DNA of 63,536 nt, filler included, from Licmophora abbreviata (Eukaryota), in the NCBI GenBank assembly GCA_900291995.1. It is 15 parts of 15 records of this genome, joined end to end, with 100 filler letters (N's around TTAATTAATTAA, not from the genome) between each part and the next. Parts side by side here need not be neighbours in the genome. Positions count along the whole stretch, not along the records: positions 10,544 to 12,948 come from OLMU01000025.1; positions 13,049 to 22,855 come from OLMU01000027.1; positions 22,956 to 26,407 come from OLMU01000028.1; 12 more parts are not named here. One strand, given 5' to 3'. The translations under genes and the position numbers were made by a program. Shown here in pieces: positions 10,544-23,683 of this stretch (position 1 is the first letter of the stretch; each line of letters starts with the position of its first letter). Below the pieces are notes generated by a model. The model had not been told where the DNA came from and ran no database searches. It worked only from the letters and a program-made list of their open reading frames with translations.

Positions 10544-11495
10544 CTCCATCAACACGGGAGTTATCGAAAACGGATTGAAGTTTGATCACTGGGATAAGGG
10601 ATCGCCGCATTCGCGCAACAGAACAATACAGGCCTTGCACTGGCTTCGAGACAACCATATGCGAGCACGAGGTCATGCCTTAGTCTGGCCGGCATTTAAA
10701 TATCAGTCGGACCGCGTGAAGAAGCTCGGAACCAATGCGACAGCTCTTCGAGCGGCCATCTACGATCACATTCGAGAGATCTGCTCAGCTACTAAAGGTC
10801 TTGTCCAAGATTGGGACGTATTGAACGAACGAGCGTATAATGACGAGTTTACTGATTTGGTCGGGGACGAAGAGATGGTGCGGTGGTTCGAGCTTACAAA
10901 ATCGATCGATCCCGATGCTGACCTGTACATCAACGACAACGCCAATCTGTTCCAGGGTAGCTTTTATACTGACCCTAAGAGGAGACATAAGCGACACATC
11001 CGGTATTTACTGGATCGCCAAGCCCCCCTCGACGGTCTGGGCATTCAAGGCCACTTCGAGTTTTTTCCCACGCCTCCTCAGCGCTTACTGAACGAGCTAG
11101 ATATGATGAGTGCGTTCGGGCTTCAGATTCACATCACGGAGTTTGATACCAGTATCGTCGATGAGGCACTGGCTGCCGATTTCACACGCGACGTTTTGAC
11201 AGTTTGCTTTAGTCACCCTGCTGTCAAGGGTATTGTCACTTGGGGTTTCTGGTCTAAGGCTCACTACGACCCCTCAAACGCTCTTTATGATGAAAATTGG
11301 GAGCTGACAGGCAGAGGGCGAGCTTGGATGAGCATCGTTAACACGTGGACGACCAATGAGACTTTAGTTACCGATGAACGGGGCCAGATACGTGTTCGTG
11401 GGTTTCTTGGCAAGTACACAGTATCGACTGGTGATGCAACTCAAGTTTTTGATCACCGGAAAGGAGGCAGTGAAATCATTCTGAAATTGCCGTAG
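10544..11495 (+). CDS. Glycoside hydrolase family 10 (endo-1,4-beta-xylanase-like), 5' partial
   Basis: ENGLK, RGHALVW, WDVLNE (acid/base Glu), LYINDN, DGLGIQGH, HITEFD (nucleophile Glu), GIVTWGFW, C-terminal VRGFLGKY. Confidence 0.93.
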
Positions 11496-11619
11496 ACTAA
11501 GAATATTGCTTCAGTACGTAGCCTGGAGTATGATTACCTGCTGTCATAACTGCGGTCCGCGTCGCTAGAGCTCTCCGCTGGATCGAAGCACAAGTCGTAT
11601 TCATTCATAAACTTCACAA

Positions 11620-12906
11620 TCATAACGCTTCTATTGTGGAAATTACAAGAGCCTTTTCATCTCGAAACTGAGCATCGCTCGCTTCTCTCTCTTGATGCAA
11701 CGTTTCCAAATATCGGCACAGCTTGACCTTATTGTCCGTCAGTATTTTCAAAATTTCCGGCGGCTTGTTGGGATTCGCGACAAAGATCTTGAAGACATGA
11801 AAGGCATCCAAGGTAATATGCGGTGACGTGTCCCGCAATAGCAACATGCACAGTATCAAATTGTTCTTGTTGGCCACGTACTTGATCATCACATTGTAGT
11901 TGGAGCGTGTCAAAAGAACGGTGGATAGTATCTGGAGTGCCATGCGTTTTGTCATGTAATTATTCTTCTCCTTGGTTCCAAGCAACTTGGGATTGAAGCG
12001 TTCGTCAAAGACTGCTTCGTAATCGCGCGTCAAGAATTGCGATGCGAGTTCCACCATGGCCGGTCCGTCCACGGGATAGCGATCGTCACCACCCACAAAA
12101 ACGAGTCGCAAACTCTCCATGGCGTCACTGGCAACATCAAAGTTGGGAGACTGGACAAAGGTATCGAGGAAAGGAAAGATGTACTCCTGCACTCGTTGCG
12201 TCGAAGTCACGAGCTGTTCGTACAAGACCACATGCCGCAGACACGACCGAAACATACTGCCACAGTGCAAGGATATATCAGGTCCCCCGCATGAATGGCC
12301 CTCAATGATGGGCTTCATGAAGCTATCATAGGAGTGCACGATGTAATCTCGAAAAAGTTCCATCGCAGGCTGGTAGAGTTCCGCATCGACGCCATCGAGT
12401 CCGCAGACGAGGAGATAATTGAAAATGGCAGCAACGTGCTTGCGGCTTTCAAAGGGCAACACACAGAGATGCGACAGTAGTTTGGGAATGAGACGGGGAG
12501 AGCGTGATACGAATCCTTCGGCGGTAGTGCCAGCGACGGGTGCGCTTTTCTTGAAGAGAGAGTCGGAAGCACTACTCGAGGCGCGTCGTTCGTCGTAGAG
12601 GAGGAACCTCAGTCTGGACAAACGCAGGGCCAGCAGCCGTGCCGCTTCTTCTTTGTCAGATGGCTCAGAAGCAGAAGATACGGTCGCTGTTGGATTGGTC
12701 GCTTCCTGTACGATAGTCTCCCCTTGTGCAGTGTCTTCCATGGGAGCATGACAGAGTAATTCTAGACTCTCCGACATGCCATCCATCAGTTGAGCTACAT
12801 TTCGGGACGTACCAATCCCCTTGTCACTGCTGCTGCCCTTTCCAAAGAACAGCCCTCCAGACAACCACTCGAAGGGGGTCGAGGGGGGAGCATTCGAAGC
12901 TGACAT
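11620..12906 (-). CDS. MO25: MO25/CAB39 family kinase scaffold protein
   Basis: LPFESRKHVAAIFN, LHCGSMFRSCLRH, PNFDVASDA, NYMTKRMALQILS, DAFHVFKIFVANPNKP. Confidence 0.93.
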   Translation of the reverse strand: MSASNAPPSTPFEWLSGGLFFGKGSSSDKGIGTSRNVAQLMDGMSESLELLCHAPMEDTAQGETIVQEATNPTATVSSASEPSDKEEAARLLALRLSRLRFLLYDERRASSSASDSLFKKSAPVAGTTAEGFVSRSPRLIPKLLSHLCVLPFESRKHVAAIFNYLLVCGLDGVDAELYQPAMELFRDYIVHSYDSFMKPIIEGHSCGGPDISLHCGSMFRSCLRHVVLYEQLVTSTQRVQEYIFPFLDTFVQSPNFDVASDAMESLRLVFVGGDDRYPVDGPAMVELASQFLTRDYEAVFDERFNPKLLGTKEKNNYMTKRMALQILSTVLLTRSNYNVMIKYVANKNNLILCMLLLRDTSPHITLDAFHVFKIFVANPNKPPEILKILTDNKVKLCRYLETLHQEREASDAQFRDEKALVISTIEAL

Positions 12907-13333
12907 GATGACTGGAATGAATCACGGGGGGGCGACCAAATAAGCGGTNNNNNNNNNNNNNNNNNNNNNNNNNNNNNNNNNNNNNNNNNNNNTTAATTAA
13001 TTAANNNNNNNNNNNNNNNNNNNNNNNNNNNNNNNNNNNNNNNNNNNNCCTTCTTTCTGTCAAGGAGCACAAAGACGCGGGATGAGAGCCCGCTCTCTTG
13101 GAGGCATCGCAGTGTTCGGCCTCATGTCCTTGCGACAGCATTCCAACGGATGAATGAGATCAATCGGAAGACGAAGAGTGCGCCGGCGCGCTCTCACAAA
13201 ATTGCGTTCTCGCGAAAACGATTGGCGTGACGGATGATGACATCGACAAAAAAATTAAAAAATCAGTCACAACCAACTCTATTCCTTCTTCGTGGTCCAC
13301 ACATACAGACATACCGACAGTCATCATCCTACC

Positions 13334-14173
13334 ATGTCTTCTGCTAGTACCATGAAGCCACAGCAGACGTATACGCCCACATCGGCAGAACTCAAGGATG
13401 CCGTTAGTTCCCTGATCGAAGGGACGCCTGAAAAATTGGTGAGAACAAATGAAATGATGGGCATTGTAATTCTAATGTAGTGGTAGACCGAGGTGCCTCG
13501 ATCGCGCTAACAGAAGCCTCCTATCTGATGCTGACCTCTTGTATTCGCTCATGCACAGTCTCTGGAACTCTCCAAGTCCATTCAAAAGGCCCTTCACGAA
13601 AACAACCCCACTTGGAAGCTTCCTCCACGACGCGCCATGAGGTACATCAAGAAGGAACTGAAAAAGAAGAACAAGACCGGCACCGCTACTTCTACGACCA
13701 CTAGTTTATACGACGACGACGATGCGAGTTCTGTCACTTCCAATACGAGCACTGCCAGCAGCGTGGCTCGTCTCGTCATGAACAAGACCTCCTCGTCGCT
13801 GCGCAATGTTCTGAAAAAGAAGGATGGCAGCTCCAGCAGTCGCTTCTCGTTTCGCAGAAACAATAAGGGCAGCAAGACAACTCCACCTCCTTCCAAAATT
13901 ACTTTACCACCGCAACAACCAAAGCTCCTCCCATCTCTTAGCTACGAACAAGAGCATTCGGTGGACGATGTGATTCAGATGAAGCTTTCGAAAGAAGCCA
14001 TGTCCGCCGATGCGCTTATCGTCACTGCTGACGAGAAACAAGATGCAACCATTGCCGTCCCAGAACCGGCGGTGACCCCTGACAGTGTCGTCTCCGACGA
14101 CGTTTACCAAGACGACAATGATGGAACGTCTGATAACCACTGTGCTGAATGTATCAAGTGTGTGATTCTCTAA
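13334..14173 (+). CDS. Hypothetical Ser/Lys-rich protein with C-terminal CaaX (CVIL); intron 13439-13558
   Basis: GT..AG splice joins ...GTPEKL|SLELSKSIQKALHENNPTWKLPPRRAMRYIKKELK in frame; ends CAECIKCVIL*. Confidence 0.72.
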
Positions 14174-14514
14174 CAAAGAGTCAGTCATCAGTCGAATATG
14201 TATAAAGCGGCGTATCGGATGCCGCCAGTTTTGTTTCTATTTGCATGTACCCGAACGATAGGCGCAGTGGAGTTCACGACAACCTCTATAATAAGTTAAG
14301 TGGTATCCTATAGTGTATATCAGTCGTCGCTCCGGCAAACTCCCGTGGTAAAGGCATGCCTTTGCGACTTCAACAAGCGGCTGAATATACCGGTAGGGCG
14401 ATGCGTGATGTGCACTACAGTATGCAGTGCTGCCGTAACAGATAAGAATGAAAACAAAAACGTATGGTATTATTCCTGTAGTTTCATGTATATGTATCGG
14501 ATGATCAATTCACT

Positions 14515-17500
14515 CTAGAATGAAAGCAGCATCTCTAAGAGGGGAGACACCATGTCGCCCGGTGCATTCCCAGCGTCACCCTGCTTGGATCCTGCCGTCA
14601 CCAGTTGGACAGCAGTCGCATCTCTATCTCTAGTATACGTAGCAGTGTCGCGCGTTTCGTCCGAGTGTTTATTTCCCATAGTAGGCGTCGTCGGTGGGGT
14701 TTCGCTCCTCTCAACGACGCTGGCCAAAGTCATGTACGATTGTGCAAAGACCCAGCGGATACTATTCCATGCAAAGCAGCTTCGCGCCACGTTGTTGTGT
14801 TCGGCTCCTTCCAGTGGGTCGTATACCACGATCGGGTCGACCGTCAACATGCCAGTTACCGGGTCGATGCTACCACCGGGTTTGCGAGGAACAAACGGCG
14901 TAAGGTGCAAAGACTGCCCTGACTTGATGTGATGATAGTCTGGGTGATGGGTGCCAGAAACGTCAATGGCAGAGGTCGGGGAGTCAAAATGTTGGCCGTA
15001 GAAAAGTAAGCAGTGCATTAGAAGTTTTCCGGCAGTCATCTCCGCAGAACACAGAACTTCCAGAATGTCATTCGTGCCCTGAGGAAAACGCGACGGCTCA
15101 CAAAAGCTTGAACCGGCGCTCGATGGTACAAAGCCCGTGGGATCAGACGACAGGTCTTTTGAGATCGAAGACTCCTTGTTGAAGAAACTAGTGGCCTCAG
15201 ACTTCGTCGCGCCGCCTGACGCCTTCTGCGCTGAATTTGCCGTGCTTGTTTGAGCAGGATTCACGACAGAGATCTCGACCTCGTGAGGAGTTGGAGGACT
15301 CGGTCGAGCTCCTTTTGACTTGTTGTTGTTAACAATGTCTGCGAAAGTCGCGGCCTTTGGAGCTCTTCGTTTCTCGACGTTCAAGCTCGTCTCCGTATGT
15401 CCCTCGCGGCACGAAGGCTGTGACGTCTCTGCTTCGACAGGCTTTGGGGCTGGAGCGCCAGAGTTCTTGCGGGCGATGGACGCCCACGACGACGACGGTT
15501 TTGGGGACGGTAATTGAGAGACTGTGCTCTTACCGGGAGACAGTACGCTCGATGGCGCCTCAGTGGTTCCGCCCTTCAGCTTCAAGGCTGAGCCAGGGCT
15601 CGGTATCTTCGTTTTTGATGTTTGCGGTGCTTTGTCGCCCAAAGAATTATCGGACGCGATGCTTGGCGGGACTTGATTGTCTGCCAACTCAGTCCACGCT
15701 TTCCGCCTAACATTTGATCTTACAGTAGTCGAATCATCAGCTGCGCAAGACACCGCACTTTCAGAAGCAACGACCAGTCTTTGCCGCTCTATTTTCTCAA
15801 GCTCTTCGCGGATAGCCTGTCTATCTTTCAGAACGGCAACAACCAGCAGTAGCAACCCGTAGCTGCTCATTCCACCCGAGAACGGTTCATTCAGTCGGCG
15901 CTGAGCCAGGAGCTCTTTCAGAACCATGAGCACCTGCACAACTGGTGTTCTATCGGGCGGAAGGCCTGTCTCATTGCAAGCGTCTTGCACGACTTGAGCA
16001 GAAAAGGCTGTTGAACCGATTCCGCCGTGTTCCGGTCCTTCGAACGTTATGTCGACTGAGAACAACCCATTCATTACGTCAGAGCCTCGCCACGGTGGCG
16101 TGTTGCCTGGAAAATGGGGTACCTGGCTAGGTGCATATCGACTCGCTTGGGGCATACCGCCGTCCGCTAGTGGGGGCGGAGGACCCATCCCAGCAGCCGC
16201 AGCTGCTGCCTGGGCAGCCATGTGCTGGTGCATAAGCCAATCGCCCCCAGAAGCCACATGCGATACTGCTCCAGGCAGTCTGGAAGGGTCAGCAAGAATC
16301 TTGACGACCGGCACAGACGCTGTTGGAATCGCCTTGACTTGAACAGCCCATGGCTGCCGCTCCAGCTCGCCCGCAAGACGCAGCACGCGTTCAGCGTTCG
16401 GCGCAAGCGGCACTGGCGGAGAGTAGGGAGATATGAAAGGAGATAGGTGCGCCTGATCGATGGTGGACCGAGCACTCACTGGAGTGACATCCCCAGCTTG
16501 ATCATGCTTCTTGGAAAGACCTTGCTGCAATGGCTGGCCTCTCAGAGGCGTGTCAAGAGACGGACCCAGACCACAGATGACAGCATCAACATCCGAAGAC
16601 GGCAAATCGAGCTGCGTCGCGCAACTTCCGTACATTTCGACATGACACTTCCCTGGCCACAATTGCTACGGTGGAGGATGAGCGAACAAGTAGAAGTTAG
16701 ACAGACAGTCTCATCACGAGCAAGCCCTGACCCAACGAGCCGAACGTACCCGCGTTGTGTCTTGCAAAGCCGCCAGGAGAGCGCCTCGTTCTCTTCTTCT
16801 CACAATGAGAGCCGAAGCCCGTCTCTGCATGAACACGTCCATATCGCGAGAAAGTCGACTACACACGTCCAGAAGATGATACCCCACATCGTTCTTGTTT
16901 GGTGTTGATGCATGGTGGTGGTGGTGGCTCGTGTGAGGGGCTTCAAGGCTCGAGGCAACGGACGAAGAAGCGCTGTTCTCGTTTGGTCCCAGCAAAGTCT
17001 GTAAAGGAGGCGGCGGGGAGCAAACGTCATTGTTCTCTTCTCTGTAAGCGGGAATTCGATGAATTTTCATTGCATCCCCATTGGAGCTCGAGTCTGCGTC
17101 GACTGCCCCAGAGGGCACGCCGTCTGTATTCAACGACGATGACATTGTGTTCGCCGACATTCCAGACAAGGTTTCCGGGACAGTTGCTGCCGTGTTCTGA
17201 TCGGCCGCTGCACTACCCTTGACAGGCAGGCGTAGCTGTTTGGATCTAGTTTCGTAATTCGATCTGGACATCGCAGCAGGGGGTGCACGTGCACCAGTCG
17301 CAGCTGTTTGGTATGCTGTTCGGTTTGGGATCGACGCCGGCAAAGGTGCAGAAGGCCGCAACGGGAGGGGGTTGACGGTATCGTTTTTCTCGCCTCGCCT
17401 ACCCAGAACGACATCGCGCATCGTTGTTGCCCTGGCATAAGGATTCCCAAGATGAGCTCTACTAGCGATCTTCTCGTGCCGTCGCTTTTGCTCTTCCAGC

Positions 17501-19927
17501 ATCGCCATAGTTTCCTTTTGTCGAACCAATTGGATTTCGCTGTCAACACTATCAAGAACGGATGACAGAATGTCACGGACAATCTTTCTGTTGGAGTTCC
17601 GCCTCCTGCTCGAATGTCGATTCTTCCCTTTCCTACTGGAGGGAGCAGGAGAGTTTTGGGGCTGAGAAGTGTTGTGCCACGCAGATGAGCCTCTGACGAC
17701 AGCCTGCTTCTTGATTCGATTCGCTCGCGTTCTCGACTCAACCGTTTCCCATGTAGACACGTCTTGCTGTATCACCGCCTCGCCAATCTGATACTCGGTC
17801 TGCGCCTTCCCGTCTTCGCGTAGTCGAATCTCTACCTGTCTCCGGTTCGAAGCCGATGTGTCAGATTGCATAGAATCGTTGACTTGAGCAGCAGCAGTCG
17901 CCTCTGCATTGGCTATCCCATCGCTGCGGTAAACTTTATCCAGCAACGTGCTTTCGAACTTCTTTGCTTGTAATACATCGGCAGGTATTGCGATCACGGG
18001 CGTCTGCATTGAAACGGAATCGTCTTTCGTGTCCCGTTCTGTTGAAGCCTCGCCTTTCGTTTCATCAAGAGTTTCAGTCACACCGGTATCATCATCGGGG
18101 AAATCTAAAGCGGACGAGAAGAGAGAATCCGCGACTTGCTGCGTCTGACTTGCATTTGACATCTTGCGCTTCTATATGGACGGAACCAGTGAACGAATGG
18201 GTGAGAAACCAGAATAGCGGGTTACACACTGCGGCCACTGGATAGCTCACCTTCCTTTTCTTCTTTTTGTTTTTCTTAGTTACAAGGCCCGTCGAGGGCT
18301 CAAGCTCGTCCGACTCGTGTTTCGATTCACTCTGTCCGGTCGCGCTCGGCAAAGACTGCACCTGGGCAGTAGCTTTGACACCATCGGCATCGTCAGATAT
18401 GAGACGAACAGCTGTAGACAAGACCTCATTACACGAGCCGATCAACGAAAGCGCCGGGTGCTTCTCGCCATCAAACTGCATCGGGCGGAATATCCAAGAG
18501 AGTGGTAAAAAGACAAGGTGCCGCGGCAGCATCTCACACCTTCCATCCAAATTAAAAAATTGGCGAGCAGGAGACAGAAGAAGATTCAATTCTGACAAGT
18601 CTTCCTTGTCCGCCAATTCCATGAGAGAAGTATACAGGCGCTTCGTCACAGTAGCCACCGAACTTCGTCGATCGAAGGACTGAAATCTCCCATTGGCCGT
18701 TGTACACTCCTTCACATCATCTAGCTTGACAGAGGAGGTCGTCGGATTGAGAGAGGCAACAGCTGTATCGTCGGTCATGTTGACGTACGCTTTCACAATG
18801 GCCACCTCAAGCCGTACGGCAAGCAAAACACGGATAGGGATCCGATTTTCCCTGTGAGACATGCGCTTCAACGATTCAATCCAATCGAACGACGACCGTG
18901 TGATAATGCTGCAACTACGGTCCGAGAGAAAATTTTCGTTCACCCCTTCTGCTCGGGATAGTTGATCCAAAACAGCCAGAACGTTCAGGCCCGTCTCACT
19001 CTCTAGGAACTCTGGCTCGAAAGTCAGGACAGGCTCCCTGCCCTCGAAACGAGCGGCTTTGGATTTTCCCTTGTCATCCACAAGCTGCTCCGTCAAAATA
19101 TCGCATACATCAGGGAAGACAAGCCTCGTGTGTTCCAAAATGTCCACGACACCTCTTGACGAGTCTCCTTTGGGCGAGCAGCATTCCTCGCGCTCGCTCC
19201 CTGGGGAACCATGTATTCTGAATGGTTCCGAAGACGATGGAGAGACACTGCATTTTTCCACCGCAGCGCCAACTTCTCTCTTCCCAGCCAAGCCACCTGA
19301 AGTATCCTTTACAAAACAGATGGGTGTTTCTTCTCCAGACGAAACCTGTCGAATACCTCCTGCTTCAACACCTGAGGCGAAGGACGAAGGAGGGGCCATT
19401 TGTTTCTTGTAGGAGATGTATGCTTTCTCAATGTCCTCGATAGGAAGAGGTTTTCCGACTTGATCGACGCCTGCGATGAGATGGAGGATTGAATCCAACA
19501 AAAAAGTTCAACGAGACGAAAAGATGTGATGAGAGATTTGCCTCAACAGTCTACATACGACGGTGTACCGGACGAAAGCCGCGGCCTTCCGCTCCGTAGA
19601 GAGCTCGTAAACATCTACCGAGAGAGTGCGTGGCAGGGAATCACCGACATTCGATGGTACATTTCCACGTAGGCTCTACGTACCTCTTCCTTCACCGTTG
19701 TGTGCACCATGGTGGACCGTCTGCGACATCGCAATCTCTATGCAAGTAGCCAGGAATGCGCTGTCCTCAATACAGAGGACTGCAGCACGATGCTCCCATA
19801 CCAGCGACGAGAACCACTCCCGAATTTCCGCTCCAGAGAGAGTTGAATCGGACTTGTCAGCTGCATCATCGCCACGACCGGCTGCATTAGGCATCGCCTT
19901 CACCACCACATTCTCCCCTCGTTCCAT
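14515..19927 (-). CDS. Large non-canonical poly(A) polymerase / terminal nucleotidyltransferase (Trf4/TENT4-like), multi-exon
   Basis: GSCATQLDLPSSDVD (GS...DxD), SVPVVK, VDITF, VLKELLAQRRLNEPFSGGMSSY, PAP-associated VYDPLE...NNVARS. Intron 16666-16749 verified; further introns near 18180-18250 and 19470-19683. 5' structure uncertain. Confidence 0.82.
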
Positions 19928-21167
19928 CTCTTTCCCGCCTCCTTCTTGCGCAGATGGAAACTTTTTCCGGCCCCTTTTTCCTCTCGTGTTTCTAGGTTTT
20001 GCAGTGTCCCTGTTTCCTCGAGTACGCCCTCGCCGTCTTGTGCGGTACTGATGTGCTCCTGCACCTGTCCCTTCTCCACCGCGGGAATCCTCGCTCACAG
20101 AGCTGTGAGAGGGATTAATGATTGCTGTATTTGTTTGTGGAGGACGAGTTGCAACGATGCAGCGATCCGTCAATGTCAAGAACGACCGACGGGACTCTGT
20201 GATTGCGCTCTCGCTTTTTTCAAACTTGTGGCAGCGTCGCGAAGCGGAACGAACGTGTGCGCGCGATGTGATGATGAAAAATGAAAGCGAAGATTCGCCG
20301 AAGTACGGGGGCTGGAATACCGTTATACATTGACGAATACATGGTATGTTCAGGATGTCGATCAAAATGTCACTGCGTCAGCATCAGCATCATATGATAT
20401 ATTCTATTCGTACGATACACAAACACAAACGGGACTTGTAGGACTTCTGAACCGGTCGGAAGCCCGATGAGTGAGGTCACCGGTAACTGTATCAGCGACT
20501 GCACACGAAGTAAATGATGACGAGGGGCCACCTAGACTGGCAGCGTTTGGGTGCGCCTTATCCGCGAGTGGAGCATAAACACTACGTTTCGTGGAGCTAG
20601 CGAGAGAAAGTCGCGGTCGACTTCTAGATCATGGTACGCGCTAGACTCCCTAGCCACTGAACTTGCGAGTATAGAGAAGATGCCGCGGCTTAGCAAGTCA
20701 GCCAGCCAAAGCAGAGATGATTACATAGAAAAGTCTTCGAGATTTGCGACAATTAAGCAAACAGAAACCATTTACGTTGCACAAGAGCGAAAACGAATTA
20801 GCGATGGGTTGCACGATCGCATATATCGAGTGCCGCCACCCCCAATAGGAAGCGCAACGCGCAAGAAGAACAGCTAGACAACAATCCTTCGGAAACATTT
20901 CACATCAATCACTTCTGCTTTGACAAGCCAGACTCAGAACAGAACAAAGTAGTGGACTACGTATGAATAGATCACTCGAGGCAAACACAGCGACGGAAAC
21001 GCCACCAATCCGACAAGAATGGAAGTGGTAGCTATCAGAACATCTTACGAGTACATCTCACAATGGGCTTATCCCATAAAAAAAAGCTTCCGTGTCCATC
21101 GCTATAGTGTCGTCCGTTCTTGCACTTACTATCTCGTCTTGGTAGATTGCAGGAAGAAGACGCCCCC

Positions 21168-23683
21168 CTACGACACGTTGTCGTCGTCGCCGTGGTCTGT
21201 CGTAGAGGTACTGCCGATTTCTCCGTTTTCTTCCTTGTCACTAATTTCGCCATCTTCTCGGATTTCTCCCTCATCTTCACTGGAAGACTGAGTAGACGCA
21301 CCGCGCCTCGATGATCTTGGGGGACCTTCACGAACGCGCTCTCGAAGCTCGTTGAAGTATACATGAGCACTTGCGATGGGATCCTCGCGGTTCACGCATC
21401 GCCGAACCTCACTATAGACCTCTGGAGAGTGAGCAGCTTGGTCTAGAAGAGCCTTGGTGAAGTCCTCATAGGTGGTAGCCTTTGAGGACGAGTAGACCAA
21501 GTTGCTCATTGTCGCACGATCTCGGCGATAAATCTCATCCCATTCCTCGACAAAATCTTCAAACATTTCACGAGGAGCTTCAGAATCTTGCTCGTAGACA
21601 GGACCGAAAGTTGGGTCGTCCTTCAATAAAGATTCGAAACCACGCCATCTTGAGGAAGGAACAATGCGCCCTTCCGCAGCCATTTCTTGCAGCCTCCTGC
21701 GATAAGCTTCACGTTGAGCAATCTCTGCCCTCCGGCGAGCATCACGAATGCGTCGGCGCTTTTCATCCTCAGAAGCTTGGAGCTCGAGAACGAAATCTGC
21801 GAAGTACAACTCTCTATCAGAGTCAGACATTGCAGAAGACGACACAAATCTCGAATCAATGGCTTGATCATCCGACAGCACCGCGAGAAAATAGTTCCTG
21901 TCACCGCAAACAGCGTGTGAGCTTCTCAGTTCGTATGTGTAAGAGTACGCATCGCGAAACTAGCCAGCACTTACCACGTAGATGCAAACGAGAGGTTGCC
22001 ACGCTCCTCTTGGTCTTTCAAGAACGCCAAGAACGCTTCTTTTGATTCGCGTTTTCGATTGCGCTTCCTACGTTCGTCTCGTTTCCGAACTTCCTCACAG
22101 AATTCGAGAAACAGAGACTCCCGTGTACCCTCCTCGTCTACCACGTGGAATCGATCGTTCTTGATTAGTGACTCTCGCATGTCTGAATAACGTGATGTTA
22201 GTGCAGAGAACCCTTGAACAGTAGGCAGCACTTCCGATAGTAGGTCTAAAAACGCTTCTTTTGCCCGCATTCGTTCTTCTCGTTCCATGGTGCGAAGTTC
22301 GTTTGCCCGTTTTGTCTGATATTCTGCAAGTGCCTGCTTCCGATCGCCCACACTGAGGACACTACAAGCCTCCCACCTTGCGTCTGACGAGCACAGCTTT
22401 AGTACTTCATTCCACTTTGCTGTTGGTGGTATATCCTTCGCCAAGAGTAGCCCCTTGAAAGCCGCAATAGCCTCTTCCTTGCTGCCGTACTCACTCTCGA
22501 CGTTCGGTGTCTTCTTGACTTTCTTTCTTGGTGCATTCTCGGACGCCGCAGCATCGGCTTGTCGTTTCGTGTTGTCTGCGCCAACCATAACATTCGGATT
22601 CTCCCATGTCGTCGTGATTCCATCAGAGTAATACTTTTTGCCTGAAGCTGGATCAGTATATTCAGTCCACGTGCTCTTGGTTGCCCCGTCCATTTTTCTT
22701 TCAGTTTTATCCTCGGTGAAAGTCTTATCTCCGTTTCGTAGGCAATGTGGCTGTGTGTAAGTGCTTTCTGCCGTGATTGCGTTGTAGTAGTACTTGTGTG
22801 AGTCGGGTGAAGTGTGCTCCGTCCATGCTTCATCTTTTTGTGTTTGTGAAAAACTNNNNNNNNNNNNNNNNNNNNNNNNNNNNNNNNNNNNNNNNNNNNT
22901 TAATTAATTAANNNNNNNNNNNNNNNNNNNNNNNNNNNNNNNNNNNNNNNNNNNNCCCATGTGCCGTCCACCTAGAGGGGGGAACGTTTGAATAGGCGCT
23001 GGATGGCGGACGGATCTAGCTGGCAATCCTGGCGGAAAATTGAGTGCCCCCTGTGCGGTGGGAGTGGTCGAGGGAGGGTAAACATGTCCCATCGGTATTG
23101 GTGGTCTGTTCTCTTGGTATGGCATAGCGTTCCGGGCTGGCCGATGAGAGGGAGGAGGTGGCGGTGGAACACTGCGCATTCTGTGATTCGGAAAAACGAG
23201 CCCCCCACGCCCCGGTATATTCATGTGTGGGGAAGGTGGAGGAGGGGGCGGCGGTACTCGTCCAGGAAATCTACCAGGCACTGGGCCCCGTCCTGAAATT
23301 CCAGGACCCGGCGGACCGCGTCCCGGAAAGCCCGGACCACGTCCTTGCATCCCTTGCCCCGGCCCCCGCCCTAGCATACTAAATGGACGCTGCATTGGGG
23401 GATCGCGTCCTCTCATTGCCTGCATCGGTGGAGGGCCTCGCCCACGTCCCATATCAAGGCCAGGCCCGCCGAAGCGGCCCCGTAAGGGCATCGGCGGCAC
23501 GCGACCGGGTCCACCTCTTCCACGACCCCGATCTGTGAATCGAAGATCAAACGACCGACCTCCATGTGACTGCATTCCCGACGATGCTGGTCCATATTGT
23601 ATCATAGCATCCCCGGGCGACCTTCGCATGACGCCTGGTCGCGGCGGGACGCCGCGACCGACATTATTTCGATGGTTGTTCAT
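21168..23683 (-). CDS. PRP40: Pre-mRNA processing factor 40 (Pro/Gly/Arg-rich N-terminus, two WW domains, FF domains); intron 21898-21974; spans gap 22856-22955
   Basis: WW1 WTEHTSPDSHKYYYNAITAESTYTQP, WW2 WTEYTDPASGKKYYSDGITTTWENP, FF repeats (KEEAIAAFKGLL, RAKEAFLDLL, PREMFEDFV), acidic SSEDEGEI tail. Confidence 0.9.
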
